A DNA stretch of 31,533 nucleotides. Origin: Bacteroidota bacterium (GTDB lineage: Bacteria > Bacteroidota > Bacteroidia > Chitinophagales > UBA2359). Positions within the stretch are counted from its first letter, which is position 1; each line of letters starts with the position of its first letter. The notes beneath the pieces are model-generated. The model made no database searches. It worked only from the letters and a program-made list of their open reading frames with translations, and was not told the origin of the DNA. The stretch covers positions 1 through 31,533 of the forward strand of contig JAHDGT010000002.1 in assembly GCA_020631675.1 (NCBI GenBank), in the 5' to 3' direction. Positions 17,755 to 26,437 of the stretch are shown one piece after another. Made by a program: the position numbers and the translations under genes.

Positions 17755-18183
17755 TTATTTCAAAAAATAAAAAAGAAGAACAGACCGAAATGTCCATAGC
17801 ACCGTTCTGACCCAGTTCGTGGATACTAGTTTTTCATAGGCCGATTGCTCAAAGCCATTAGTCAGTGCGTTATGTGCGGGTATTTGCAGTAGAAAAGTGG
17901 ATAGCCATATCAATACTAATGCACCTACTGCGAGCCACCAAAGAAAGGAGGCTGTTTGAAGAATTGCGGGCATTTCATAAGAAAGATAGAAAGCCGTGGC
18001 TAACTCCAACAACATCACCGGCATGACGATGTAGGTGATCAATCGGGTGTGCGCGGCGTGGTATTGACCGAACTGCGCTGCCCCTATGGTATCAAAAAGC
18101 GGATAGTGTACTATTTGCACCATCCAGATCAGTCCGGTCATGAAGGCGGTCACTAAAAAATGTAGGAGTAAAATCGTTTTCAT
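17755..18183 (-). CDS. Uncharacterised four-helix membrane protein with several His residues
   Basis: About 4 hydrophobic segments; LIWMVQIVHYPLF, YHAAH, QIPAHN and NWVRT motifs. Confidence 0.75.
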   Translation of the reverse strand: MKTILLLHFLVTAFMTGLIWMVQIVHYPLFDTIGAAQFGQYHAAHTRLITYIVMPVMLLELATAFYLSYEMPAILQTASFLWWLAVGALVLIWLSTFLLQIPAHNALTNGFEQSAYEKLVSTNWVRTVLWTFRSVLLFYFLK

Positions 18184-18200
18184 TAGGATGATGAACTTGC

Positions 18201-18236
18201 CGTAAGCTCCGCAAAGGATAGGAGCGGTAATGAGGT
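18201..18236 (-). repeat. 3'-end fragment of the dispersed hairpin repeat (copy D)
   Basis: The minus strand reads ACCTCATTACCGCTCCTATCCTTTGCGGAGCTTACG. TACCGCTCCTATCC is identical to copy A; ACCTCAT matches copy C. Confidence 0.65.
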
Positions 18237-18375
18237 GGTATTGCAGCTATGCGGCATAAAAAACAATAGTGTCAAAACATTGGAACTTAACAAATGTTCT
18301 ATGTATGCATTGCTTTTAAAAGCTTATCTTTATTGTTCTATTAAAATTGATACATCTTATTCCAATTCAGATATT

Positions 18376-20424
18376 ATGATTTTACGTTCACTATTTACAT
18401 TTTGCTGTTTGCTGTTGCTTCAAGCACAGCTGAATGCGGCTACTTTTGATGACATTTACGAAGTGCTACAAGAGAAGTGCACGGACGCTTTATTGGCGGA
18501 TGATGCGACAGGCAATTTAGACCTTAACGGCACGGCTCAAGAGGTTTATGATGCATTGGTAGGCGTTACTCCTGATAATGAATCTGCCCAAGAGAAGAAA
18601 TGGCAGTGGGTGAAGCCCGGTGCGCCCTATAAGAGTTTGTTGTTGTTCAAATTAGACAATGGCATCATTGAGGATGAAGATGGTGTGTTAGACGCTACGA
18701 TGGGTGAAGCGATCACAACTTTGACCAATATAGAGTTGGAAACGATTCGTCAGTGGATCTTTTTCGGTTGCCCTGGTCCGGGTCAGACGGACGCTGCTTT
18801 ATTGAATGCGGTGAACTGGGCGGAAGAATATTATTTAGATGGTGGTTTAGCGGGTATACCTCGTCCGCCGGCACCAGATCCAGGTGAGGGTTACCAAATT
18901 CATTTGGGTCCTATTTTCATGGACGCGAACGAAGAGCGCGAATATGTTTTACGCCAAAAAGCGGATTTTGATGGTGAGACCGAGGTCAATAGAATGGATG
19001 TGATCATGAACCAGCAGAGTCACCACTTCATTTTAAATGAGGTGACGGGCAGTGGTGGCAATCAGCCTGAGGATGGTTTGATCGGTGTGAATTTCTTTAA
19101 TGTAACAGATGTGTTGTTCGAGAAGTCTTTGGGGGTATGGCAGTATAGCGATGATATTCGTTTACCTGCGGGTACGGCTTATACTTGGGATGAGAATACG
19201 ATGTTGCAATTGGATTACCATATTAAGAACTACAGCTTAACAGGTGTTTTACCTGCTGATGTTTACTTGAACATTTATACACAACCGAATGGCACTGCGG
19301 CTAAAGAGATGAAGTCGGAGTTATTGGTTTACCTTGATTTAGACTGGGAAGTACCTGCGGATGGGGTTCCACATACGTACACGGATTTCATCAACAACTC
19401 TAATCAGTGGAATATTTGGATGTTGAGTTCGCATACGCATAAGCTCGGTACGGATTTCGATATTTTCAGACAGACTTCTGGCGGCGGTATCGGTGAGCAG
19501 ATCTACGAGGGTTTTTACAATTATGAAGAGGGCTATGATGTTGGTTATTACGATTGGGAGCACCCTGCGAACCGATATTTTGAGCCGTATATGATATTAG
19601 AGCCGGGTGATGGTTTGGTGCAACAAGCCACTTATTTGAATTCGGGAGATGAGCCTGTAGGATTTGGTTTGACTACGGATGATGAGATGTTCATATCCAT
19701 CATGCAATACTATTCAGGCGAGGAGATTCCTTATGTTGAAGTGGGTAATTTACAAGACAACTACTGTATTCAGACCGGAAGTGTGGAGTTAGCACTTACG
19801 CCAGAAGGTGGTGTTTTAGAAGGTCCGGGTATTAGTGGCAATACATTCAACCCAGCGGAAGCAGGTTTAGGGGATCATGTGGTTACTTATACTTACGAAG
19901 ATGTAGTGGGTTATTACTATGTGGATGTAGTGGAAACGCCTGAGGTGCCTGTGATCAATAATGAAGGTGGTTTTTTGAGTGTTTCTGATGACTACAATTA
20001 TTACCAGTGGTACTTAGATGGCACTGCGCTTTATGGGGCGAACAACTATTACGTTTCTGCACCTACGAGTGGTTTGTACGAGGTTGTTGTAGCTAGAGAT
20101 GCGGGCTGTGATGTTACTTCTGAATGGACTTATGTTGTTTTGGAAGGTGTTGAAGATGTGACAGATAATACCAGTGGTTTCCACTTGGCGCCTAACCCAT
20201 TCACTGCTGAAACACAGATCACTTATGCTTTGAACAATTCTTCTACAGTAAGCTTGAGCGTTGTTGACCTTACTGGTAGAACTATTGCGACCTTGGCTAA
20301 TCAAGAGGTTCAGAATGGTATGATGAACTACCAAATTGGCGAGGATTTAGCTGCTGGCATCTATATGGTTCACTTGACTGTTGATGGTGAAACGCAGGTG
20401 CGTAAATTGATCAAACAGCAGTAA
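18376..20424 (+). CDS. T9SS-secreted protein: degenerate cytochrome-c-like domain + copper type II (PHM/DBH-like) monooxygenase domains + T9SS type A CTD
   Basis: Signal peptide MILRSLFTFCCLLLLQAQLNA (ATG 18376). SHHF, DYH, SHTH and DEMF motifs. CTD LAPNPF...DLTGR...AGIYMV...RKLIKQQ. Confidence 0.82.
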   Translation: MILRSLFTFCCLLLLQAQLNAATFDDIYEVLQEKCTDALLADDATGNLDLNGTAQEVYDALVGVTPDNESAQEKKWQWVKPGAPYKSLLLFKLDNGIIEDEDGVLDATMGEAITTLTNIELETIRQWIFFGCPGPGQTDAALLNAVNWAEEYYLDGGLAGIPRPPAPDPGEGYQIHLGPIFMDANEEREYVLRQKADFDGETEVNRMDVIMNQQSHHFILNEVTGSGGNQPEDGLIGVNFFNVTDVLFEKSLGVWQYSDDIRLPAGTAYTWDENTMLQLDYHIKNYSLTGVLPADVYLNIYTQPNGTAAKEMKSELLVYLDLDWEVPADGVPHTYTDFINNSNQWNIWMLSSHTHKLGTDFDIFRQTSGGGIGEQIYEGFYNYEEGYDVGYYDWEHPANRYFEPYMILEPGDGLVQQATYLNSGDEPVGFGLTTDDEMFISIMQYYSGEEIPYVEVGNLQDNYCIQTGSVELALTPEGGVLEGPGISGNTFNPAEAGLGDHVVTYTYEDVVGYYYVDVVETPEVPVINNEGGFLSVSDDYNYYQWYLDGTALYGANNYYVSAPTSGLYEVVVARDAGCDVTSEWTYVVLEGVEDVTDNTSGFHLAPNPFTAETQITYALNNSSTVSLSVVDLTGRTIATLANQEVQNGMMNYQIGEDLAAGIYMVHLTVDGETQVRKLIKQQ

Positions 20425-20453
20425 TTAGAAATTTAGCAAGTTTTTTGATGTAT

Positions 20454-20487
20454 AAAAGGTACGTTGAGCTTATCAACGTACCTTTTT
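20454..20487 (+). terminator. Intrinsic terminator, possibly bidirectional
   Basis: AAAAGGTACGTTGA-gctta-TCAACGTACCTTTTT. Confidence 0.88.
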
Positions 20488-20510
20488 GTGTGTTCATACG
20501 TATCAATATT

Positions 20511-20870
20511 ATGAAAAAGAAAGTTTTTGTCAATTTAGACTACTTAGAAGAGCTGGCAGGTAGTGACGCACCTGAAAAAATACAGGAATGGTTATTAATG
20601 GGCGCACAGTTACTGCCCCAACGTTGGGAAGACATGGCTCTTTCTTTTGAGCAGGATGATGTGCAGGCACTTCAAATGGCGACGCATAAGTATCGTTCTA
20701 CGGCTCAGTTCTTGGGCTTGAGTATCGCACCCGTTTTAAAGCGTATAGAGAGTGAATTGAGGGCGGGAACGCCAATGGAAAAACTCAAGGCTACACTTAC
20801 CGCAGCTGAATGGATGACTAAAGAAAGTATAGCCCGTTTACAACAGTTGACACAGGCTCAAGCAGCATGA
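20511..20870 (+). CDS. Stand-alone Hpt (histidine phosphotransfer) protein
   Basis: VNLDYLEELAG N-terminus and ATHKYRSTAQFLG, a variant of AHKLKGSAxxxG. The 20445 start overlaps a terminator, so ATG 20511 is preferred. Confidence 0.75.
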   Translation: MKKKVFVNLDYLEELAGSDAPEKIQEWLLMGAQLLPQRWEDMALSFEQDDVQALQMATHKYRSTAQFLGLSIAPVLKRIESELRAGTPMEKLKATLTAAEWMTKESIARLQQLTQAQAA

Positions 20871-20925
20871 ACCAATGAACCAAACCCAACAAATACAAAC
20901 CTTATCATCTAATACCCTCCCCAAT

Positions 20926-21294
20926 ATGAATCGACCGAAAATATTGCTGGTCGAAGATGAACCTTTGATTTTAGATGCATTGGCATTTAGAATGAAAAAA
21001 GCAGGTTATGATACCCTGTCCGCTCCAGATGGAAAGCAAGCCATAGAACTGGTTCAAGAGCAAAGCTTCGACCTGATCATCACTGACCTCATGCTTCCTT
21101 TCGCAAATGGTTTTGAACTGATCTCTTATGTTCGGGAGACTTTAAAAAGCGATGTGCCGATCATTGTGCTATCTGTAGCAGGTGTAGAAAACATGATCGT
21201 TGAAGCCTTAGACCTAGGAGCTAATGATTTTGTGAATAAGCCATTTAGTCCACATGAATTGAATAGTAGGGTAAAGCGGTTATTACGTCGGTGA
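20926..21294 (+). CDS. Single-domain response regulator (receiver)
   Basis: KILLVEDE, DLIITDLMLP, VLSV and DFVNKPFS motifs; no output domain. Alternative start at 20875. Confidence 0.92.
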   Translation: MNRPKILLVEDEPLILDALAFRMKKAGYDTLSAPDGKQAIELVQEQSFDLIITDLMLPFANGFELISYVRETLKSDVPIIVLSVAGVENMIVEALDLGANDFVNKPFSPHELNSRVKRLLRR

Positions 21295-21308
21295 TGATAG
21301 GGTTTCTA

Positions 21309-22646
21309 TTAGAAAGTCATTCTCGCTCCTAAAGACGCATTGACCCGCCATACTTTCACCTCTGTGCTGAAAGTCACATCACTTCTTCTCAAGCCCGCAC
21401 TACCGAATACGGCATAGCGTGCTCCTATTTTTTTATTCACACTGCTATTGATTCTCCAAGAATTGATCGTCTCCGCATCTTCTTGTACTAAGATAACGGA
21501 CGAACTTACCTCTTCTGCTTGTCTGGGCGCGATTCCATAGCCCACAGTAATATCCCACCAGTCTTTACCTGATTTAGAAAATTTACGCAGTAAGAATTGC
21601 GCGGAGCCAGAAACACCGGTTTGCTTCGGGCTGATATAGCCTCGTGCTGATAGTAAAAGGTTTTTGTGGTATTTGGAATAGGAACCGGTATAGAAGCTTT
21701 TTACTTTATTCGTTGCTGTGCTATCAATAGGGTCTTTCTTATTATAGATCCAATGTCCACCTAGAGATACTTCTTGACCATTACCGATCGACCTAAAGAC
21801 TTCTACAGCAGCATGATGATCCACAAAAACTTTATCAGGTGAGTACGAATAACTCAAATAAGCGTACAGCCCCTTCCCCAAACTCGGGTAAGCTTCACAT
21901 AAAAGTTGCCAACCTATGGTATCAAATCTTTCTGCTAGAGAATATTGTAGACTCAAACTTCCATATTTCGTTTTTCTTCCATAGCGTACTCTAAAAGATT
22001 GTTCTAAGCGTTCAAGAGTATCTTCACCACCAATAACCATCCCATAAGATCCCGCTAAGCTATTTTTCCAAGAAGCGACTTTGATATTTTTAAGCAGTCG
22101 AGCAGCCTTTTCATGTTCCTCTTCAGCAAGGATTTCTTTAAGCAGGGGTATAGCGAGTTTGGGGTTTTCTAATTTGTTATGGGTAGCGGCTAATTTGTAG
22201 CGCCAATCCGAAATCTCGGGATAGTACATTACTGCGGTATCCGCAACACCTAGTGCAACTGTTGTGTTCCCTGACCAACTTTCTACATCAAATAAGGCAG
22301 ATAAAGCATCTTTGTGTTTTGGTTTTTGGCTCAGTACTTTCCTAAGTCCTGTCCTAGACCCTTCATATTGCTTTTCCCACGCCAGCACTCTTGATTTGAA
22401 GATTCGGATATCGTGATAATTAGGCGAACGCTCCAGTGCCACTTCACACATCTGTAAAGCAGCGCCTCTATGCCCTGCGAAAGCAGTATCTCTTGCCGCC
22501 TTGAAGAGCGCATCAATTCCTAAGTCCCGCCAAGCATCATCTGATGGTTGCTGTGCCAGTAAGGCATAGCTCCCCTCTCCTACTGTCATTAGTATAAAGA
22601 GTGACAGTAAGCATAGCTTGATATAGGTCTTTGTAGAATTTACCAT
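21309..22646 (-). CDS. YaiO-family outer-membrane beta-barrel with N-terminal TPR module
   Basis: Signal peptide, TPR-like helices, EAYPSLGKGLYAYLSYSYS, alternating beta-strand pattern and a C-terminal aromatic residue (LGARMTF). Confidence 0.82.
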   Translation of the reverse strand: MVNSTKTYIKLCLLSLFILMTVGEGSYALLAQQPSDDAWRDLGIDALFKAARDTAFAGHRGAALQMCEVALERSPNYHDIRIFKSRVLAWEKQYEGSRTGLRKVLSQKPKHKDALSALFDVESWSGNTTVALGVADTAVMYYPEISDWRYKLAATHNKLENPKLAIPLLKEILAEEEHEKAARLLKNIKVASWKNSLAGSYGMVIGGEDTLERLEQSFRVRYGRKTKYGSLSLQYSLAERFDTIGWQLLCEAYPSLGKGLYAYLSYSYSPDKVFVDHHAAVEVFRSIGNGQEVSLGGHWIYNKKDPIDSTATNKVKSFYTGSYSKYHKNLLLSARGYISPKQTGVSGSAQFLLRKFSKSGKDWWDITVGYGIAPRQAEEVSSSVILVQEDAETINSWRINSSVNKKIGARYAVFGSAGLRRSDVTFSTEVKVWRVNASLGARMTF

Positions 22647-22678
22647 GATAAAATGGGGAATTAAGGAGAAAATTCGGC

Positions 22679-25180
22679 TTACATTACTTTGGTCTTAGCC
22701 AACAAATTATTGTACTGAGGATGTTCTGGATTGACTGCTTGTAGTTTGTCCAAGAATATACATGCAGGCTCTTTTTCGTTTTTAATGATGTACATTCGAG
22801 CAACTCTGTACAAGAGTTCTTCGCTATTAGGCGATTTTTCCAGCCCTTTCAAGCCTAATGTAATCGCCTTGTCCACATTACCTGTCCAAAACTCCACATC
22901 CATTAAAGCGGCGAAAGCATCAGGGTACTCAGGAGAACGATTGATGATGTAGTTGAATTTTTCTCTCGCCTCGTCATATTCTCCATTCCATGCGTAAGTT
23001 CTTCCATATAGGGTACGCACATCGTGATAATCAGGGCTGACCTTTAGCAATCCTTCACAAATGACTCTTGCATCCTCGAATTTGCGGGCGAAAGCATATT
23101 CTCTGGCCAATAAAAAACGATCTTCTGTGTTCAGCACCTTTTTAATGTCGGCGCGCGTCCCTCCTGTCGTTAGTACATGCTCTCTAACAGGCTTCACCAC
23201 ATCAGGAATCACTAAGCGGTTATTGTAGCAAGCATATTGATTGTCGATTTTGAATTGCTTGAATTTCTCAGCGATCAAGTGCTTCACTTCTTCATTATCT
23301 ACCCTTTTCATACCCAACTGAGGCGTCATTTCATAAAGTTCCTCATCCGCATAGTAGTACTTATCGTGGATGTAATCCAGCATTTGGTTCTTATTGCGCA
23401 TTAGAGGTAGTGAGTGCGTGTTTCTGAATGTTTCCTCTGTATCTATCCCATCTCCTAACCAGTAAGCCTGTTCTGGGAAGCGCATGTCGTAGTTCTTTTC
23501 AAAGAAGCCCAACAAGCTAGGCAGCACATCCATATGTGTAGATACCGAGTTGAAAGTTTTAGCCTCCTTTATCATAGGTGAATGAATGATAAAGGGCACT
23601 CTGAAACGGTCGAGCTTCGTACTTAGGGGAATCACATCCATTCTATGATCGCCAGTGATGATGAAAATGGTGTTCTTGTACTCAGGACGTTTTTTATACG
23701 CCTCAATAAAATCACGTATCGCATCATCCGCATATTTCACCGAAGCGAATTGCTTCATGTATTTCTCATTGTATGCTTTTTTAGATGCGGGAATATCCAG
23801 CGCTTGATTCCAAGCTTTCGCTTTTTCAATATAGGCAGGACGTTCAGCAAATTGGAAAGGGTCATGCATACTCAAGGTCAAGTAGATATCTAATTTAGGA
23901 TTGCCTTTATGCTCACTATCCATCAATTCGAATGAACGGCTATAAAGCGACTTATCATCATAGCCCCATGAAAAGCCCTTATCATTACCATCCATTATTT
24001 TATAGTCTCCTCCAAAATCACGTACATCTTGTATGAAGCTCACATCATTGATACCAAAGAAATATCGTTTCTTATCAAAATTAGACGGACCACCATAATA
24101 GAAGTGAGACTCATAGCCGTACTGGCGTAATAGTGTCATCAAACTTAAATGGTCAGGCATTTTTTCACCCATTTCCAAAAAGCCGTGATCGGCATATGGT
24201 AGCGAGCCAAAGAGGGAGGGATACACTCCATAGGTTCTGCCAGTACAGCTTAAAAAGTTATTCCAGCTCAAACTCTCGCTCGCCAATTCGTCCAAAAATG
24301 GGGTAAAACTTCCCAAATAGGGACTTTCTCCACTGAAGGCACGACTCAAACTTTCTACGATTACAAAAACAACATTAGGCGGTTCACTATCATTCAATTC
24401 AAAATATTCACCCAATACATCTTCATATTTCACCTCTTTCATGAAAGGGTAATCCGTTCTACCGTCTATACTTGCTGCAGCTTTTATCTCACTCTTATTA
24501 TCATAATGAGTGAGTACATCTTTTACGAAAAACCCTACTTTATTCGTACTAATATGGTGTTGGGTTTCTTCGGTATAATCTTTTGGATCAGGCAGGCTCT
24601 TCCAACCTAATAAGCAACTGGCGAAACATAGAACAACAAAAGCGTAACTAGGTGCGGGAGTTGGCATCCATCGGTCTGCTATACGAGGGCTGAACCAAGC
24701 AAAAATGAGTGCGACCAAGCCACCGACCAAAGCCAGCCAGTTCGTATCACCACCACTCGCATTTGCTTTAAAAGTGGTAGACATCTCACTTATATCATAA
24801 CCTAACATATTAGCCCCCAGTGGAGTAAGCGTTATAATAAAATACTGTACAGCAGCAAAAAGAATGATCGTAATCACCATAGTAATGATTCTATAGAACC
24901 ACTTTCCACCCTTTTCGGTAAAATGACTGATCAGTACAAAAGGGAAAAACAACAATGCTGAAATTTGCAAGCAGAATAGTATATCATAGCCAAAACCCCA
25001 TAAAAAGTTCGACCAGCTATTCTCTGGTAGAATATGTTTAGCATTGATGCCTTGAAACTCTATCAACCTTAAAGTGAAAAAGATCAATAAAAGCACTACA
25101 CTTAAAGAGAAAAACCGTCTAATGATATGACTGGTCTTTTTAGATGCTGCCAACACTTTGATGTTATCAAACCATTTCAT
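22679..25180 (-). CDS. LTA-synthase/sulfatase-like membrane phosphotransferase with C-terminal TPR module
   Basis: About 5 N-terminal TM helices; PNVVFVIVES, SCTGRT (candidate catalytic Thr), SMHDPF and ITGDH motifs; TPR repeats at the C-terminus. Confidence 0.88.
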   Translation of the reverse strand: MKWFDNIKVLAASKKTSHIIRRFFSLSVVLLLIFFTLRLIEFQGINAKHILPENSWSNFLWGFGYDILFCLQISALLFFPFVLISHFTEKGGKWFYRIITMVITIILFAAVQYFIITLTPLGANMLGYDISEMSTTFKANASGGDTNWLALVGGLVALIFAWFSPRIADRWMPTPAPSYAFVVLCFASCLLGWKSLPDPKDYTEETQHHISTNKVGFFVKDVLTHYDNKSEIKAAASIDGRTDYPFMKEVKYEDVLGEYFELNDSEPPNVVFVIVESLSRAFSGESPYLGSFTPFLDELASESLSWNNFLSCTGRTYGVYPSLFGSLPYADHGFLEMGEKMPDHLSLMTLLRQYGYESHFYYGGPSNFDKKRYFFGINDVSFIQDVRDFGGDYKIMDGNDKGFSWGYDDKSLYSRSFELMDSEHKGNPKLDIYLTLSMHDPFQFAERPAYIEKAKAWNQALDIPASKKAYNEKYMKQFASVKYADDAIRDFIEAYKKRPEYKNTIFIITGDHRMDVIPLSTKLDRFRVPFIIHSPMIKEAKTFNSVSTHMDVLPSLLGFFEKNYDMRFPEQAYWLGDGIDTEETFRNTHSLPLMRNKNQMLDYIHDKYYYADEELYEMTPQLGMKRVDNEEVKHLIAEKFKQFKIDNQYACYNNRLVIPDVVKPVREHVLTTGGTRADIKKVLNTEDRFLLAREYAFARKFEDARVICEGLLKVSPDYHDVRTLYGRTYAWNGEYDEAREKFNYIINRSPEYPDAFAALMDVEFWTGNVDKAITLGLKGLEKSPNSEELLYRVARMYIIKNEKEPACIFLDKLQAVNPEHPQYNNLLAKTKVM

Positions 25181-25323
25181 AAGCCTAAATATTTATTTCT
25201 TGCTGTTATACTTTTTAAGCCGCCTAAAATTTCGTAATTGAGATAATTAAACGAATAGGCTTACTTATTGAATGGAATATTCATGCCATTCATTTGGTAT
25301 CGTCCTGTTCAAATTCTCCATTA

Positions 25324-26424
25324 ATGGATATCCATATACTATATATCGTCAGCATCTGCTTCATCATAGGTACAGCTTTAATGCTGGCGTTTATGATAAT
25401 GGGACGATTAATCAGAGATTGGAACAAACAAAAAAATGCCCAATTCGAAGAACAGTGGAGTCAACTACTTATTGAATACGCATTAGAAGACGAAGAAGAT
25501 TCAAAGCCGCTAGCAGAAATTCGGTCCTTTTTAAAAGAGAGTGGCAAAAGTTGGATACATGCGAAACGCTCAAAGCGAGTTTTACAGGGCATTCTTTTGA
25601 ACTTACATGAAAATTTAAAAGGAACAGCTGCTGAAAAACTTCGTGAACTGTATTTTAAAATTCAGTTAAACTTATGGACAAGCAAGCAATTGCGATCGAG
25701 GTCTACGGTAGGTAAGATCAAGGCTATAAGAGCACTTACCAAGATGGGTGCAAAAGAACAATTCGCTCTAATTGAACGTATAGACCATAGAGGAAATCAA
25801 TCACTCCAAACCGAGTTACTCATTGCTAAGCTTGTTTTATCCGAACAGCCTTTTGGTTTTTTATCAGATGCTAAAACAAGCATTTCCAAATGGACGCAAA
25901 TGCGACTACATGCCGAGCTGGTGAAACTTGACGCTTTAGCATTACCCCTTTTCAGTCAATGGCTGGATAATGATGAAAGTAGTGTTCTTCGTTTTTGCTT
26001 AGACATGTGTGCTGCTTTTGATCAGCAGTTCAGAGATGATAATGCTATTCGTAAGGCAAAACAGTTGATCAGACATGAAAATGTCGGTGTTCAAATAGCA
26101 GCTATTGGTGTACTCAGTAAATGGGGTGAAGAATCTACTGCTGATTTATTACTGGCACGATATAAGGAAGTAAATGAAGAACGCTTACAAATCGCTTTAT
26201 TGCGAGGTTTGGGCAATGCGATACACGAAGGTGTACTTGAAGTCTGTATCAGTTTACTTTTAAACATTCCACAAGAAGCGCATTTAGTACGTGTAGCTGC
26301 TGTGAAATCCTTAGCTCAACTATATCCTCAAGGTATTGAACGCCTTAGCGAACTAAATGAAGAACATAAAGAGGATGATCCTATGCTTGAACAGATCATC
26401 ACTCAAGTCTTAAACGCAACATAA
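25324..26424 (+). CDS. Membrane-anchored HEAT-repeat protein
   Basis: One N-terminal TM helix followed by helical repeats (VGVQIAAIGVLSKWG, LVRVAAVKSLAQL). ATG 25324 is preferred over TTG 25294. Confidence 0.8.
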   Translation: MDIHILYIVSICFIIGTALMLAFMIMGRLIRDWNKQKNAQFEEQWSQLLIEYALEDEEDSKPLAEIRSFLKESGKSWIHAKRSKRVLQGILLNLHENLKGTAAEKLRELYFKIQLNLWTSKQLRSRSTVGKIKAIRALTKMGAKEQFALIERIDHRGNQSLQTELLIAKLVLSEQPFGFLSDAKTSISKWTQMRLHAELVKLDALALPLFSQWLDNDESSVLRFCLDMCAAFDQQFRDDNAIRKAKQLIRHENVGVQIAAIGVLSKWGEESTADLLLARYKEVNEERLQIALLRGLGNAIHEGVLEVCISLLLNIPQEAHLVRVAAVKSLAQLYPQGIERLSELNEEHKEDDPMLEQIITQVLNAT

Positions 26425-26437
26425 ATAATCACATAAT

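Noticed and set aside
18235-18375. Extended N-terminus of the T9SS protein in the ORF track (also the longer starts at 2054, 6663, 16394 and 20445)
   Set aside because: The extensions overlap promoters, operators, repeats or terminators, and the downstream ATGs give proper signal peptides or family-typical N-termini.
22679-25180. Calling this gene ltaS, opgB, bcsG or a sulfatase
   Set aside because: The fold class is recognisable, but donor and acceptor cannot be read from sequence. It lacks the CxPxR/SxPxR formylglycine motif of true sulfatases.
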